Positions 14,401 through 29,400 of a stretch of DNA of 64,000 bases are shown here, piece by piece. Source of the DNA: Phoronis australis (Eukaryota; Animalia; Phoronida); assembly GCA_002633005.1 (NCBI GenBank), contig NMRA01000047.1:769326-833325 (forward strand). The letters run 5' to 3'. Position 1 is the first letter of the stretch; every line of letters starts with the position of its first letter. Made by a program: the position numbers and the translations under genes. The notes beneath the pieces were generated by a model that searched no databases, had not been told where the DNA came from, and saw only the letters and a list, made by a program, of their open reading frames with translations.

Positions 14401-17400
14401 ACTAGCTAAGACTGGATCAAGTCGCACTGTGTGAAACTTCCAGCAAATTTTGACAGAAACCACACATCACTACACATTGTACTTTTTGTTAACTTTAACC
14501 AAGCGTCAATTTTCACTAATTTCTCAACAAAACCAAGTAAAAAACAGTTTTACTCTGATATTCAAATGGTCTACACCGTGTGGGTATCATAACGCAGCAT
14601 TTGGTAAAATACGATTTTTTGCACTCAAAAAGTCAGCTTTCGAAAGGAATGTAAATTCTGGCAACTATTCATGTGAAAAATAACTGAAGAATCTCAGAAT
14701 TAAGTACTACGATAACCCTCATTTCATTCATGCACAACCATTAACCAATGTAGTCTGTTTGCTAGACTACAGGGGAACCAAATGTGTTGACTGCAAAACA
14801 TTTTAAATAAAATGGGTAGACAAATCTACTCTAAATGTTAACCCACATATATAACAAGACAAGCTTTCAGGGAATCTTTTTGCAGGACACAACAGTACTG
14901 ACAGACCACATAAGGCATTGAAGCCTCGTCGTCTACATCAGCACCATCGTGACTCACCTCGACAAAGGCGATAGGAAAGATGCCGATTCTGTCGCCATGT
15001 TTACCCTCCGCCCAGTTATCATCAACACGACGTATCACAGTTAGCACTTCATCCTACAACACACCAACAGAGGTCAGGGCACACTGAAATGGAACTTTGT
15101 GCTTACTAGAATACACAAAACATGAGAAAGGCAGCTAACGATGTCAAGTCGACATTGGCCTACTTTATGATCCTTCCATGCCTGAGTTTAGGGGACACAG
15201 TTAAAAGTAGTTCTGGGAGTGCAATATGGAAAACAATACCCTGTGGCCATATTGCACTCATCTTATTCAACGTGTATGAGATGAAATGGATTTCTCAAGT
15301 TATTGAAAGTGGAAAATCCGAGACTCTACACTTGTCCACTGCACGCCACTCCCAAGCTATGGCAGATATTCATTTATACAGCCGAGTCAGCTCCAGCAAA
15401 GCTTTACACAGTTACAAAAGCCCGGTGCTGAACGCACAATCCTTCAGTTCCAATACTACTAGAACCACTGAGGCAAAGATGTGTCACTGATGTTCCTACG
15501 TATAAATCAAGTATGACATGGAGCTGAAACAAGAGGAAGACTTTACCTTGGAAAATTTTAAACAATCTTTCTCATTCTCATCAATTTCAAAGTCGAACAG
15601 AGCCTTGCACTTTGGAGTGGGTGATGGAAGCTTGTTGATAACCTGTAAGAATACAAGTTACTGTCAATGGTACCAGCAGATGTCTTCAAACAGCCTTTGA
15701 TTTCTGGCCACGAGCACATTTTTATCTAACACTACAAAGTGGCTGAATGTAACCGACCTTCCCCACTCCCATTCAAGTGGCTAGGTGAGCAAATCTCTGC
15801 GTGTGCCTATTGGTGCACAAGCAAGCTGTTGTACATGCACTAAATGGGTCACAGCTTGTTCCTTCCACAGATGAGGAAATTGGGTTTGAGAAGAAATGAT
15901 GGTTCATAATTGCTAAAGACTATGCTTGATACATAAAGCGACCAGTCGGGTAAAGTCAATGATTCAGGCTGGTCTCAAGCAATAACAAGTCATTCCTACC
16001 CAAGAACAGAAGTCATTACCAAGCTCTGGATGAAACAATTTCAGAATGGTAACTTGTCTGAATGATTTTTGACAGAAGTCAGCTTTAACAGACTGTATAC
16101 ACATACAGCTCTCCGTGCAAGAACCACTGAACAACCACTGTACCTGAACATAACTAATGGGGAAGAAACCACACTGTCCACTGAGCTCGCCGTGGAACCA
16201 GTTCTCGTCAACTTTCTTCTTGAGAAGAATAATGTCACCCTTCTTGAAGGACAAGTCCCTGAAATGAAGTCAGTTGTAGTTCATTGAAAAGGTCAAGTCA
16301 AATTGTAATAGTACAAGTCAACACCATGACACAAGTCAACACCACAATACAAGTCAAAACCACGATATAAGTCAACACCATGGTATAAGCCAACACCAAG
16401 GTATAAGCCAACACCAAGGTATAAGCCAAAAGCCAACACCAAGGTATAAGCCAACACCAAGGTATAAGTCAACACCAAGGTATAAGTCAACACCAAGGTA
16501 TAAGCCAACACCACGGTACAAGTCAACACCACGGTACAAGTCAACACCACCGTATAAGTCAACACCACGGTATAACTCAACACCACGGTATAAGTCAACA
16601 CCAAGGTATAAGCCAACACCAAGGTATACCGTAATCGTTCGGGTTAACGCCCATGCTCAGTTAACCGCCCACCCCTACTTTAGGTGGATTTTCGATTTAA
16701 CTGCCCACTGCTCGGTTAACCGCCCCCCTGCTATTTTTGAAGATTTCCAATTAAGCGCCCACCTCTCGGTTAAGCGCCCATCCCCTACTTTTGACGATTG
16801 GTGATTACCGCCCTGTGCTAATAGGAAACGCGAATCCCCGACCTTTTAGATTAAGATCGATGATAACATTGAGTGCAACGACGGCCTCAGAGACCGCGGT
16901 TTAGCAATGTGAATTATGATACCAGTAACAAATTATTGTAACGGGTCATCGATTAACTTCAAAATGTAATACTTGAACACTTTGTCACTTTCTTTTCTTC
17001 TCATGTTCGCAAACTTTAGGAACCGCGCTGGCGTCTACANNNNNNNNNNNNNNNNNNNNNNNNNNNNNNNNNNNNNNNNNNNNNNNNNNNNNNNNNNNNN
17101 NNNNNNNNNNNNNNNNNNNNNNNNNNNNNNNNNNNNNNNNNNNNNNNNNNNNNNNNNNNNNNNNNNNNNNNNNNNNNNNNNNNNNNNNNNNNNNNNNNNN
17201 NNNNNNNNNNNNNNNNNNNNNNNNNNNNNNNNNNNNNNNNNNNNNNNNNNNNNNNNNNNNNNNNNNNNNNNNNNNNNNNNNNNNNNNNNNNNNNNNNNNN
17301 NNNNNNNNNNNNNNNNNNNNNNNNNNNNNNNNNNNNNNNNNNNNNNNNNNNNNNNNNNNNNNNNNNNNNNNNNNNNNNNNNNNNNNNNNNNNNNNNNNNN

Positions 17401-20400
17401 NNNNNNNNNNNNNNNNNNNNNNNNNNNNNNNNNNNNNNNNNNNNNNNNNNNNNNNNNNNNNNNNNNNNNNNNNNNNNNNNNNNNNNNNNNNNNNNNNNNN
17501 NNNNNNNNNNNNNNNNNNNNNNNNNNNNNNNNNNNNNNNNNNNNNNNNNNNNNNNNNNNNNNNNNNNNNNNNNNNNNNNNNNNNNNNNNNNNNNNNNNNN
17601 NNNNNNNNNNNNNNNNNNNNNNNNNNNNNNNNNNNNNNNNNNNNNNNNNNNNNNNNNNNNNNNNNNNNNNNNNNNNNNNNNNNNNNNNNNNNNNNNNNNN
17701 NNNNNNNNNNNNNNNNNNNNNNNNNNNNNNNNNNNNNNNNNNNNNNNNNNNNNNNNNNNNNNNNNNNNNAAATTTCACGTTTAAGCGCCCATGTCTGGTT
17801 AACCGCCCACCCCCGATTTTTTGGATTCGCCAATTTAACCGCCCAGGGCGTTAACCCGAACGATTACTGTAAGTGATTGCCACGATACAAGTCAACGCCA
17901 TGATACAAGTCAACACCACGATACAAGTCAACACTGTGATATAAGTCAACACCACGGTATAAGTCAACACTAAGATGCAAGTCAACACCAAGGAATAAGT
18001 GAGCACCACGATATAAGTCAATACCAAGGTATAAGTCAACACCACGTAAGCCACCAACTGCACTTGAAATCTAGTTAATGACAGGAAAAACTCAATTACA
18101 CAAATCATTGCTAAATTGGATGTGACTCATGTTATCACCATTAGGAGGTGACCCAATTGTCATGAAGCAAGTTTATGGAAGTTTATGTCATTCCAATAAC
18201 ATTACATAGCATTACAATTATCAAATGGGATGCAGAAACAAAATTAAGACTAAGAGAAGACAGACATCAAAGCTGCGCGCTGACCAACCAACTCATCTGA
18301 TTGATCTGTCAATCGATATGAAAATAAAAAATGACCACGGTTATCCAATAAAATAGACTTCTGATATGGAAGAAATAGTCTGTAGTACGCAGTCGCGGCA
18401 AAAACCAGCTCTTTCAAGATGAGATATACATTTAATTTGTCTTAATTGCAAACAACATCAAAGAAACAGACTTGTGTTGCCTTTTCTGTAGAAAGCAGTT
18501 CTTGGTGATGTTGGGTCTCTCAAGCAGAGGTTTGCTTCATCGCAATATTACAAGAAATATCAATTTCAAATTTAAAACAACTCAGCTTTACAACAGCTCT
18601 CTGCAACTGATGATCAAATAGACCCTAAGAGCAGGGCAAATGGTTTTGACGACCCTTACTTAAAACTTATTCTAAGAGACATGTTGAAGACATTTAAGAA
18701 GAGAGCTTGACCTGGGTAGAGTTCGATAACGCTAGGACCTTGCTAGAAAAGCAAAACTTCGCAAGATTACGTGAGATATTGGTGTATATTTAAAAATAAT
18801 TGATCTTGCTGTGATAGATACTGAATTCTACATAGGTCACAATTTACTGGAAATCAATAAAAAGAATCTTATGAAGGAAACCATGACAAAAATCACATTG
18901 TGTAAATACGAGTGCACTGATCAAACAGAGAAGAGTACATTGAGTGGCCACGCAAAATAAAAAACAGAATTAATGAATTCATGCTGAAGTATTTGTACTT
19001 TGAAGTTATTGAACTAGACTGTGGGGGAATTATAGGTCACCCAAATAGTGAGACTATGCAATGGGATGTCATGAGTGTGCATCATTGACGGCACACTATT
19101 GCGATACTTATGGTAAAAATTCTCCTGTTCGGGACAGTTGAAAATTAATTATTTTGCTCAAGGTAGTTTTTACCAAATTTTAGACATAGGAAGTATTGGC
19201 CGTCCCAAATTAGTTACGAACTACGACACACTATCATTCACTTAGATGTTACAAGTTACAGGAGCCTGTTAAAATATTTCATCAGTAGCTATTTGACTCA
19301 CGAAAATAAAATGTTACATCGGCAATATATCTTTAAGTCTTATTTCAGATTCTCCAGATGCACAACGCAGTGTCTGCAATTTTAGAAATAAGATGACTAC
19401 CAAATTGCCAATGTCCTAATCTTCGCAATAAAAAAATAAATTTCAGCTCAAATTTTGGTGACCCAAATTTTAGAGACTGTCACAAACTGTAGCCACCAGG
19501 TCCCGACAGAGGTTGTAACCTTACATGACCCTGGGGTTACCATAGGTCAAAAAGAAATTAATGAAGGGGCATGGATGGTGATTGGCTCATTATTTGTAAT
19601 TGAGATGGGATTTATTGGTCAACTAATTTTATGCACCATTGTATTTGAAGTTCTCGGGGGGNGGGGGGGGGGGGGAACACAGATCATAACCACAAGCAGC
19701 ATATCAGACAAAACGACAAAACATAGCGTTGCACTTCAGATTCACATGAAACTTTCACAAACTATGCATTATAGTACTCTGTGTTATAAAACGGTATTAG
19801 GAATTGTTTTTAAAATGTTCCACTTTCGAATGAGGATTTATCAAAAACAGAATTTTTGTGGTTTTTATGAAAAAAACAACTCTTAACTCGTAACAGCATT
19901 TTAGGGATTTCAGCAGGAACATTTACATCAAACAAAATAAGGCCATGTTATTGTTATCGTTGTTTCGATATGGATGTACCTTTCCAATTTTTGCTAAATT
20001 TTAAAGAAATGGTAACATGACTTAAGCAACAGCAGATTGGTAAAAAGTCAAAAATCAAATTCTACAGGCTTTCCACTTTGAAATCTTTAGTTCTGCAAAT
20101 ATTTGACTAAATACACGGAAGTGTTGATAAGGTCCTACATGACCTTAAGAGTCACTTCTCAGGAGGGATCCCACGGGATCTAACAGACTTGCACTTGTCA
20201 CCTTACACAACATGCAAGACAAATAAAGCTCAGTGGGAACTCACTGTCACACAAACAACTGAGTGTCCTGGGCAGACACTTGTCCTGTTTAAAGCAAAAT
20301 TGGGCAGGCTTTCGCCAACAAAATAAAACAGCCGCTGTGACAATAGAACAACTGAATAGAAACCAACACAGCTCAGAGCCTAGATCGCCAAGAATAACAG

Positions 20401-23400
20401 AACAACTATGTTTAGATTCATGCCAACCAAAACAACACCCCTCTACCACTCAACAGCCGTTTGTTTTGTTGACCATGAAAGCCATCAGTTCTCTAAGAAT
20501 TCATTCATAAGTGGCTGAAGTCCCCTAAAACATTATACAGTCTTAGCTAGGAACACTGATCTATGATGGAGTACTTAGGACAACTTGCACAGACACCAAC
20601 ACTCCAAACATGAAAAAGCCGGACATCTGGATCTAGGAAACCACACACTAACAGCCCAGAAAAGTCATGTTTTTTGTTTTTGGTTATGCCTGTGGGGAAG
20701 AAGGGTATACACTGCATGTTAACACCAACATAAGCAGCCACGTATTAACAAAAAAGCATGACCATGAATTTATCACCGCGCATGTCAGAAAGCGGTGCAT
20801 TCTCATGCTGTGGCAGGACACGGGACGGAGCCCCATCAAGCGGGATGATCCCACCAAAAGCGGGACTTTTGGCGACGGTGGAGCTTAGCTGTAAGCCTTG
20901 TTGGCCGAAAACATTCCTGTGACTAAATGACTATGGAGTTGATATGGAAGACACACTCCTGACATCTGGTGGGGTACGGCTGAGCAGTCTCTAGTTCCTT
21001 CTCTGCAACTCTCCAATCCTTCCACAGACATAAGAAAATTAAGGCCTATTTCTAGAACCCAGACATGAAAATTGTCAAGGCCCAGTCCAGTCCTGCAATT
21101 CTTCCATATCCAATTCAAATTCACATTTTCCTTCTCTCAACTACTAACCATATACAGGACCCTGCCACATGAACATAGTTCGTACTACAGAGTTCTCAAG
21201 AACTCTGGGACCGTGCACTAAGGCAGTGTGGGAACCGAATAAATGTTGAATGTTGGAACAACGTGCTACAACCTGAGTAAGAATCTCATGGACAGTGTTG
21301 CATTCAATGCATGTTTTTGGGAAAGTTTCTAGTATCTGCACGTCCTCAGCCCATTTTCAAGACTAAAGGACATGTTCGGACGATCTGAGAACGAATTTGA
21401 AAGGTCCCAATGGAGTGGTTCCCAGATCCACTATCTCCCTTCTATCACAATGGATACAAATTCAAACAACGTGCTCGCTGATTTCTACAGAGTGTGAAAG
21501 TGGTTCCACTCAGAGAAATCACTCCAAAAAGAAATACGTCCCCACGGACACCTACCCTGGCTCTTTGCCATCATAGTTGAAAAGCGCCTTGGCACTTGGC
21601 TGTGTATTAGCTGCGACCTGGAAATACAAAATAGGCACAGCTTAGCATGGTACATTGTAGGCAAGTTAAATGCAGCTGTTCAGAATAATTAACAGTGCAA
21701 CACAACACCAAGGCAACAGTGAGGTAGAATAAACCAAATACACTATTAGGCTGAAGTGTGCACAAATATTCATCAATGACCAATTACAACCATTTTGTGT
21801 TTACGTCCATAGATTTATAAAATTTTCTGTATATGGAATTCCTGCTTCAAAACTAACCCATATTCATTTTTACATCGTATTTATTCTACACAACATAACA
21901 GTTTTGGCATTTCTTTAGATTTTTTGGTTACGACAGCATTCAAAATGCCAAGACAACTCTATCTTCATGCAGGCACATAAGGGCACATTTGCAGTATAGC
22001 AATCTGCAGTGCAGGTCACCCTGGCAATCAAACACAGCTATTCCAACAATGTCCCACAACAGTCCAGTTCCCACACAACCAAGACATTGATCCTACAGTC
22101 AAGGGTCAAGTCAATCCAGGCAGCCAGTGTTGTGCTAATTAGTGGTTAATGAGTCTACCACTGGCTGGGTGGAGCCCAATAGGCTCTCACTGCCATATTA
22201 TACAGCATGTTGAGTGAACTGGTGGAAACAATCAACAGAGATCATTTGACATCAGAGACTTATCAGTCAAGGATGGAATCCAACAATGCCAACAAGTCTC
22301 AATGAAAGATGGCAAATGGCTTGCTGATGGTAGTAGTTGGCAGACAATGTTACTCCTGGAATGAGTTGTCACTAGGTTTGGAGGCTGCGTGCAACTTACT
22401 CCATTTGTGACAACTTACTTCAAAAAGCACCCACTGCTCGGGTAAGCGCTCACTCCCGTTTTAGGGTTTCCCAATTTAAGCGCACAGGGCGTTAACCCGC
22501 AAGTTTACTGTACTTTTCTGTTATCACAACAAAATTAGTGTCGTCGGTATTCCGAAATAGAATTAATTTTAAATACTCAATCAAATTGAAATACTGATAC
22601 AAAAATAGATTATCCACGCAAAAACATTGTGAAATGCCAAATTAATGAGAAAGTTAAAAACATGTTAAGGTAAAGACCCTCCCTCTGTACATCATGTAAA
22701 ACTTAAGCAACCCACAGGGCTCAGCAAAAGGTAAACACCTTTGAACTTTGGTGCCTCAATACAAGGGGACTTTGTGCTGTTCAACAACATAAGTATGAGA
22801 GAAACATTTAATTCTTAAAAGTGTCAATAACCCTTGGCCCATTGTATAGTACGAACAACAATGACCCCCTCAAGAGACTTGACAGAGGCTCTGAAAACAT
22901 AGCCTGCTGTTTGAACTTTTATTCAAGAAATTCAAAACCATGTTATTTAACATAGCAGATATAACTATCCAGCAAGATGTTAGTTATTTCAATAAACTTC
23001 ATATTCCTATAAGTTTATTTTTAATGCCATAACAAAATAAAAAGTTAGGAGTTATCAAAGTCGTTAATATTTCACTGAAAGACTGGATAAATTACAAACC
23101 GAAGTTACTTTTTTCCAAAACACGCAGTAGCTTTCAAAATTAACTGGACAAACTCCACCAAATTATGATGAAGGTCTTGCCCGAATTAATTGGCAGTTTA
23201 GTCAAGCCTTAGTTGTAACAAGTCAGCGTTTATGTCAAAATTAAGTTGCAGTTTGATGTAACAATAATGTTATTTTTTAATGGATTTGTACAGTTAGTTG
23301 TTGCGATTTTGACAAATTGTGTGGAGCAGCATCCTTTGAGATTCAGACAAAAATGGATGTTTAGTTGTAGTTTTCTGTCAAATTTCGATGTTGTCCAGTA

Positions 23401-26400
23401 TATTTTGAACACTTCAGACTTATATCTTCTTCCAAGTAAATCAATTAACCACATAGATACAAAGACAAAACACTTGAACTAAAATCTTCTAACAAAGACA
23501 CAGAAGGCAACCTCGCCTCTATCAATCTCTAGTCTTCCATACAGACATGTGAACCAAGGCCTGTACTTGAGACTCATAACAAGTGGTGAATCCTTCAGGC
23601 TAATATTTCAAAGGATTCTGGCTTCATACCGCTGGCTTAGGTCCACAATGGAAAGTCAAAACAGTGACAGGCAGCCATGGGACAGTGAACAGCAGTGTGG
23701 TAATACATTGATACTCCAACTATCCAGAGAAGTTATTCAACAGATTCACTTATAACTGAGGGGTGGATTTAACGACGCAGGACAATAACACTTGGGCCGA
23801 CAAATCTTGGCTTATGGAATGGAAAAATGCAAGCTTACAGTTAACCCTTTAACAACGGCCATTTTCTGGTCCACACCAGCAAAGTATTGAGTTTACAAAA
23901 GAAATGCTTGTTTTTCAACTAAATTAATGCATAATTTGTGTGGCCGTGCGTGATCTCGACCAAGATGGAAGAAACTTGGTCTCCAGAACCCATCCCTCAC
24001 TGAAGCAGAGAAGATTTGGTGCAAGTTTTGTTTGAACAAGACAAGAATACTTTCCTAACCTTGCTGACACAAAGGAACAGTTTAGGACAGAGATCACCTG
24101 TTAAGAATGCAGTAGTGTTTAGGAGATTGGTCCCAACAACGCCTCCACTAAATTATGAATTTTGTTCTAATGGACCAAAATGCATATGGTTATATTTTGA
24201 AACTGCCGAGTCCAAACACTAACCAATGCCTAAGAGTTTCCTGCAACTTACTGAACATGTGGCCAATTAAATTATTCCATTTCATTGACTTGGAATACCT
24301 TGTAAGCTGTTCACAACAGCCAAATGGTCCCCAATACCTCCAAGAGCATTTGCCAAAGGACAAGGGATATGGTAAAATCTCGCCAATTTCGAACAAAATT
24401 AATTGCCAAAATTGCCCCTTTTTATTTCTTAAGGAATTCTAACATTGCTGTGAGTTCAGACAATTTTTCAAGACATTATCTGATGTTAGCTGTGGAATAG
24501 AACTTGAACATGGAGGAGCAATAATTTGGTGTTAAATAACTTTTATGAAAAACGCGAGAAAATAAAATGTCACTTGTCTTCCATATTGTGTCCTACATTG
24601 ATCAGATTTTATGGTAACCACGATGAATGGAAAGTGATTGAATCACCAAAACTTCCCAAGAGAAACAACAAAGGAAGGCTTTTAGACATAAGAAGGCTAC
24701 ATGCTAAGCACAGGTCATTGAATGTAAAAATACATACTTTACTTAGTGGTTATAATAGAAACTAATTACTATATCTTATTGTAAGTGTGCTTCTTTTGAG
24801 ATATGATTCTTGCGTTACTCTTGAACATACAGGACTAAAGGATGAAGACCTCCAGATTTGAACAAATGAGTTTTTCACTTGGCATAAGGCCATACTTGTT
24901 GGCGTTAGCACCCACAGGGTGCTTAAATTGAGGAACTAAAAATCAGGGTGTGAGTATCAAGCCGAGCATGGGCTATTAAAACGAATTTTGCGAGAAGTCG
25001 ATTTGGGTAAATGCATTGAACTCGCATGTGTACCATACTCAAATAAACCATTGCAGCAGATTACCTGTAGGGTAAGACAGTTTCGTACCTTTTGAGAGTT
25101 AAAATTCACTAGAGGCGCATTCACTAAGACACGGGAACTTTCAAGAGAAGTCCCGTTTGTATAAATTGGGGAGGGCATTTAGCTGAGTGGTAAAAATTTG
25201 GAAATTTCATGGGTGGGCGTTAAGCCAAACAGAGCATTAACCATGGTAATTATGGCAACACCAATCATGGCAAAGGTACAGCTGAAGAAGCTAACCAGCA
25301 TCAGCATTTTCTCAAGTCATTCAAGCATTAACTTGAACCAGGCACATCCCTTGTTGGCCAATGTGTTTCAATGCTAAACAAGAAACTTACAAACTACCCT
25401 AAGCTGCTCATAAGTTTTGAATTAGAAACCAAAGTTATATTATGAAGAGATTATCCAGAGGCATGGCAAGTAGGGGTCACATACCTGAGTATTACACAGT
25501 AATGGAAGAAATGGGGTCCATAACCAGGCTTCTGTCAAAAAATACTAACTATTGTTATATATTGCATACCCCTACAGAGTTAAAGTCGAAGATTTTACTT
25601 TGTTACTCACTGGAATGAGAAGTGATTTCTGCACTGGGAAAAACACGACTCGAGGTCACATTTAGTATATTTTTAGAAAATTGCCAGCAAGGTTAAGCTT
25701 ACTTGACACTGGCCTAGAGCAGATGCTAACTTAGGTCCCCAGGAATCCCCTCTAAGGAACAATTCCAAGTCAAATTTTCTAACCGCAAGTGGTCAAAATC
25801 AATAGACTTTTTGACAGATGTTAGGTCCACAGCAATTCAAGTCACACTGAGACCAGCACAGGTTTTTGTGTGAAGGTTCAATTTCACACTGGAGTGGCAC
25901 TGTTTATCCAGACCAACCCCTCACACATCTTGTTGGAGACCAGACAAATCTTGATGAAAGGTTTGAATAACATCAGGACTAACAGAGGGCTTATTGCATA
26001 AGATTGGGTAATCTAGAACAAACTAGCATTGATTCACTTGCCACATTATTTCCTGTCTTACATAAAGGCAATTTCTATCTCAAATGAACAAGCCAGATGC
26101 TTAACAATCCCAGATCAAACCTTCACATTTATTCCATGACTGTTGAAAAGCTAACAAAAGTGCTGACAGAACTGTGTTCATTCATGTCCTTGAAATGACC
26201 CATTAATCAATTACCGGTATCGCAGAAATCCTCATTTCTCAAAAAGACAAGGTTTTGGCCCTTCACTCCAGACATCTCGAACCATCTGCAGAATTCGCAA
26301 TAAGTTCATTCATTCACTCAAACGATTACAATGCATTATAAGACAAAAATTTTTTTAACAGAAGAAAAAGTTAGACCACATAGTCTACTTTGGCACATCA

Positions 26401-29400
26401 GTGAATTGCAACAAATCACACAAATGAATCAACTACCAATAAAACTTTGGCACAGAATGTAAATAACTTTTTAGTGTAAACAAAAATCATTCCACCCATA
26501 TGGCCAGACACCACATATTCCCATATTTTTACACATGGCCTCAAGCCCATTCACAAAAACAATCAATCACTGTCCAACAAGGGTGTCAATTTACTGGGCC
26601 ACATGTTGAAAATCCCCTACTAGCCATGTATGCTTACTTGCCAGCCATGTTTTTTATATCACGATTTACGGTGGTAAAGTGACCTACATAATTTGCATAT
26701 TTGGTATAAGGCAACAGTCCTTCCATCAAATGTGTACAAATGTAGAAAATCTGACATGATGTGTTGTGATTGACCCCTACATTTGTGTAGCAAACTCGGG
26801 TAAGAGCTCAAGATTTCGACTAAAATCTCAAAATTTCGAATTCAGACATTTAGTCTTCATATGGGTGTCATCAAGTCCAAACTGGAATAAATATCCACCC
26901 AAGCCTTTGAGTAGTGGAGCACAGAATAATTGACACTTATGAGTTCACACAAAAGTAGAATAACAAATGGCAAAAAAATTTCAAGTTCAATTAAAAAGAT
27001 TAGAGCGCGGTCCCAGAGTTTACTACATGGAGTAACAGTCCATCTTAGACATGGACGACAGTAATTCAACATCCATCCATTGGTTCAAGATGTTCGAACA
27101 AACATTTGTTCATTCTCGAAAAAGAAAATGCGCTGCCGTAACAGCATATGTTAACAATTGAATATCAAAGACAGGGCAACATCTGGTGGCAATCGTAGAA
27201 ACTAACTGAGGAGTACACAAATAATGTGAACAGATTGGGAGTAAGAAATAAGAAAAAACTAAAGATTATGAAAATTTTAGTCTATGTTTTGCACAGTGTA
27301 GATGTCTTTAAACAACACTTAGTAATGTTTACATTCATTATCTGCAGCAAAGTAATCAACCTTTAAAAGTGGAAAGTGACAATTTTGGCAATTATTTTTG
27401 TGCATAAGTAGTGGAGAATTACCGTATAATATATTCATACAAATGAAGAATGTGACTGAGACCATGGTCTTGTATTTTTACTGCTAGCCCACCATTACAC
27501 AACATTAAAAAGGGGAGATAAACATAATTTTGTCGGTACATATGTACCCAATCCATTATTCGCAGGTGTTTCCTTCCGTATACATTGTTTAGTGCATTTC
27601 ATTTTATCAGTTTAAAAGTAAAGGTTTGAGCATTCCCAATTACAGGGTAATAGCCAGTCTGCTTTCAGCAACATTACCTAGAAAATTACCCTAAGTACTC
27701 CCATTAATGCCCTGGGTGGTTAAATTGGCAAGCCAGGATATGAGCAGTGTTTACCCAAACATGGGTGCTTAACCTTAGCCAGTCAGTCACCCTGGCCACA
27801 TATGACCTTAGAAAGTAAAGCCCATAGCCCTTAAGTTTATAGAATTTGCTGCAAGGCTAGTTGCCGATGCCAAAGTTGGACCAGCACCCTCCAACCGAAA
27901 TTCGTATTTGAGTATCCAGTATGCTACTTGAACTAGGAGGAAAACATTTGTTGAAAACCTGCCTGGCAAATTCTAGGACTACAACCAGTTTTGACACGAC
28001 CTTTTAACATGGTGAAGAGGGACATAAACCTAAGATAGTCATGATTATGGCATCATTTCAATAGTTTTTGCAGCACCGTTTTTAAATCTTTGAAGATTCT
28101 ACCATGGATTTCAACATTTTCTATTATGTCTAAGTGACCTTAGGAAAGGTCACATAAGAACATAGTAATTGTCTTCCAGATGTTAGTTATGCAGCAATGA
28201 TAGACTGGGTCAACTGGTTGAGGGTATTTGCATTTTCAAGGTACCTAAACTACACAGTCAACGGACTCATAAACACGGGCACGGACGCATGAACACGACT
28301 CACGGACCTGCAAACACCGTCCACTGACTCACAGACATGGGAACGGACTCACAAAACACGATCCACGCACCCAAATACACAGGACACAGACTCATATTCA
28401 CGAGGAAACACGGTTAACAGACCGCCAAACACGGACTCATCGGATTCCTGGGTCAGCTGACATCTTCATTTTGTCAGTGACCCGTGTTTGGCGGTCCGTT
28501 AACCGTGTTTCCTTGTGAATATGAGTCCGTGTCCCGTGTATTTGGGTGCGTGGATCGTGTTTTGTGAGTCCATTCCAGTGTTTGTCAGTCAGTGGACGGA
28601 GTTTGCAGGTCCGTGAGTCGTGTTTATGAGTCCGTTGACCGTGTAGTTTAGGTACCTTGATTTTCAGTATGCTTGGGTCCAACTATAGTAGGGTAACTCT
28701 GCCTGCCACAGACATGTGTATCTGACACTGTGTGCTGCTCAACTAAAACTATTTACTCCTGGAAGGAGTTGTCGCCAGGTTTATTGTGGACGCACTTTGT
28801 GCTCGAGCAGCTTGAAACATGTGATGCTTACCGCGATTTATCGAAGTAGGGTAACTTGCCCAGCGCAAGTCATAGTATGGATGCAACTCTGTAGACAGGG
28901 CGGGAGAGGGGGTTACCAGCTATGTGCTTGTTCAGTCACACAAATAGGGGTGTCTAATCGTTTTTGCACCATATTTGTTGCAAAGTGCAAGGTGTGTTGT
29001 GTAGACATGACAGATTCAGTGTATTCACAAATTTGGAGTAGTCTAAGTTACTGTAGTAAAACATTCAACACCAAGCAAAACACTTTTTAAATAGTGAGCA
29101 CAACAAGACTACAAATTCATGTAACTGTTTCAGCTCTAAAGCAGTAATGTGTTACATCTGCAGTCTACCTTCCAAATTAACCTTTGCATATAAATTAGTT
29201 AAACATTTCAAGTTGCCTAGGAGATAATCTTGACTTATTATATAGTCAACCTATGCTAATTGGACATACAGAAAGACAGATGACCACTTTATGCAAGTCT
29301 AATCTGCAGCAACATTCAGTTACATCAAAAGCCAAATCTGTGAATCTTCTAATCATACGGTATCACACAGTATTTCCTTTCCGCTATCACCCGTTACTCA

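Noticed and set aside
16973-17854. Long ORFs made of X residues (also 48920-49346)
   Set aside because: Artefacts of translating N gaps
18712-18742. 31-nt exon-like segment on the minus strand
   Set aside because: Would interrupt SH3 #1 and shift the frame; weak donor (gtcaag)
20774-20880. GC-rich patch with gcggga repeats and short inverted ends
   Set aside because: Probably a transposon remnant, but no TSD or second copy is visible to support a call
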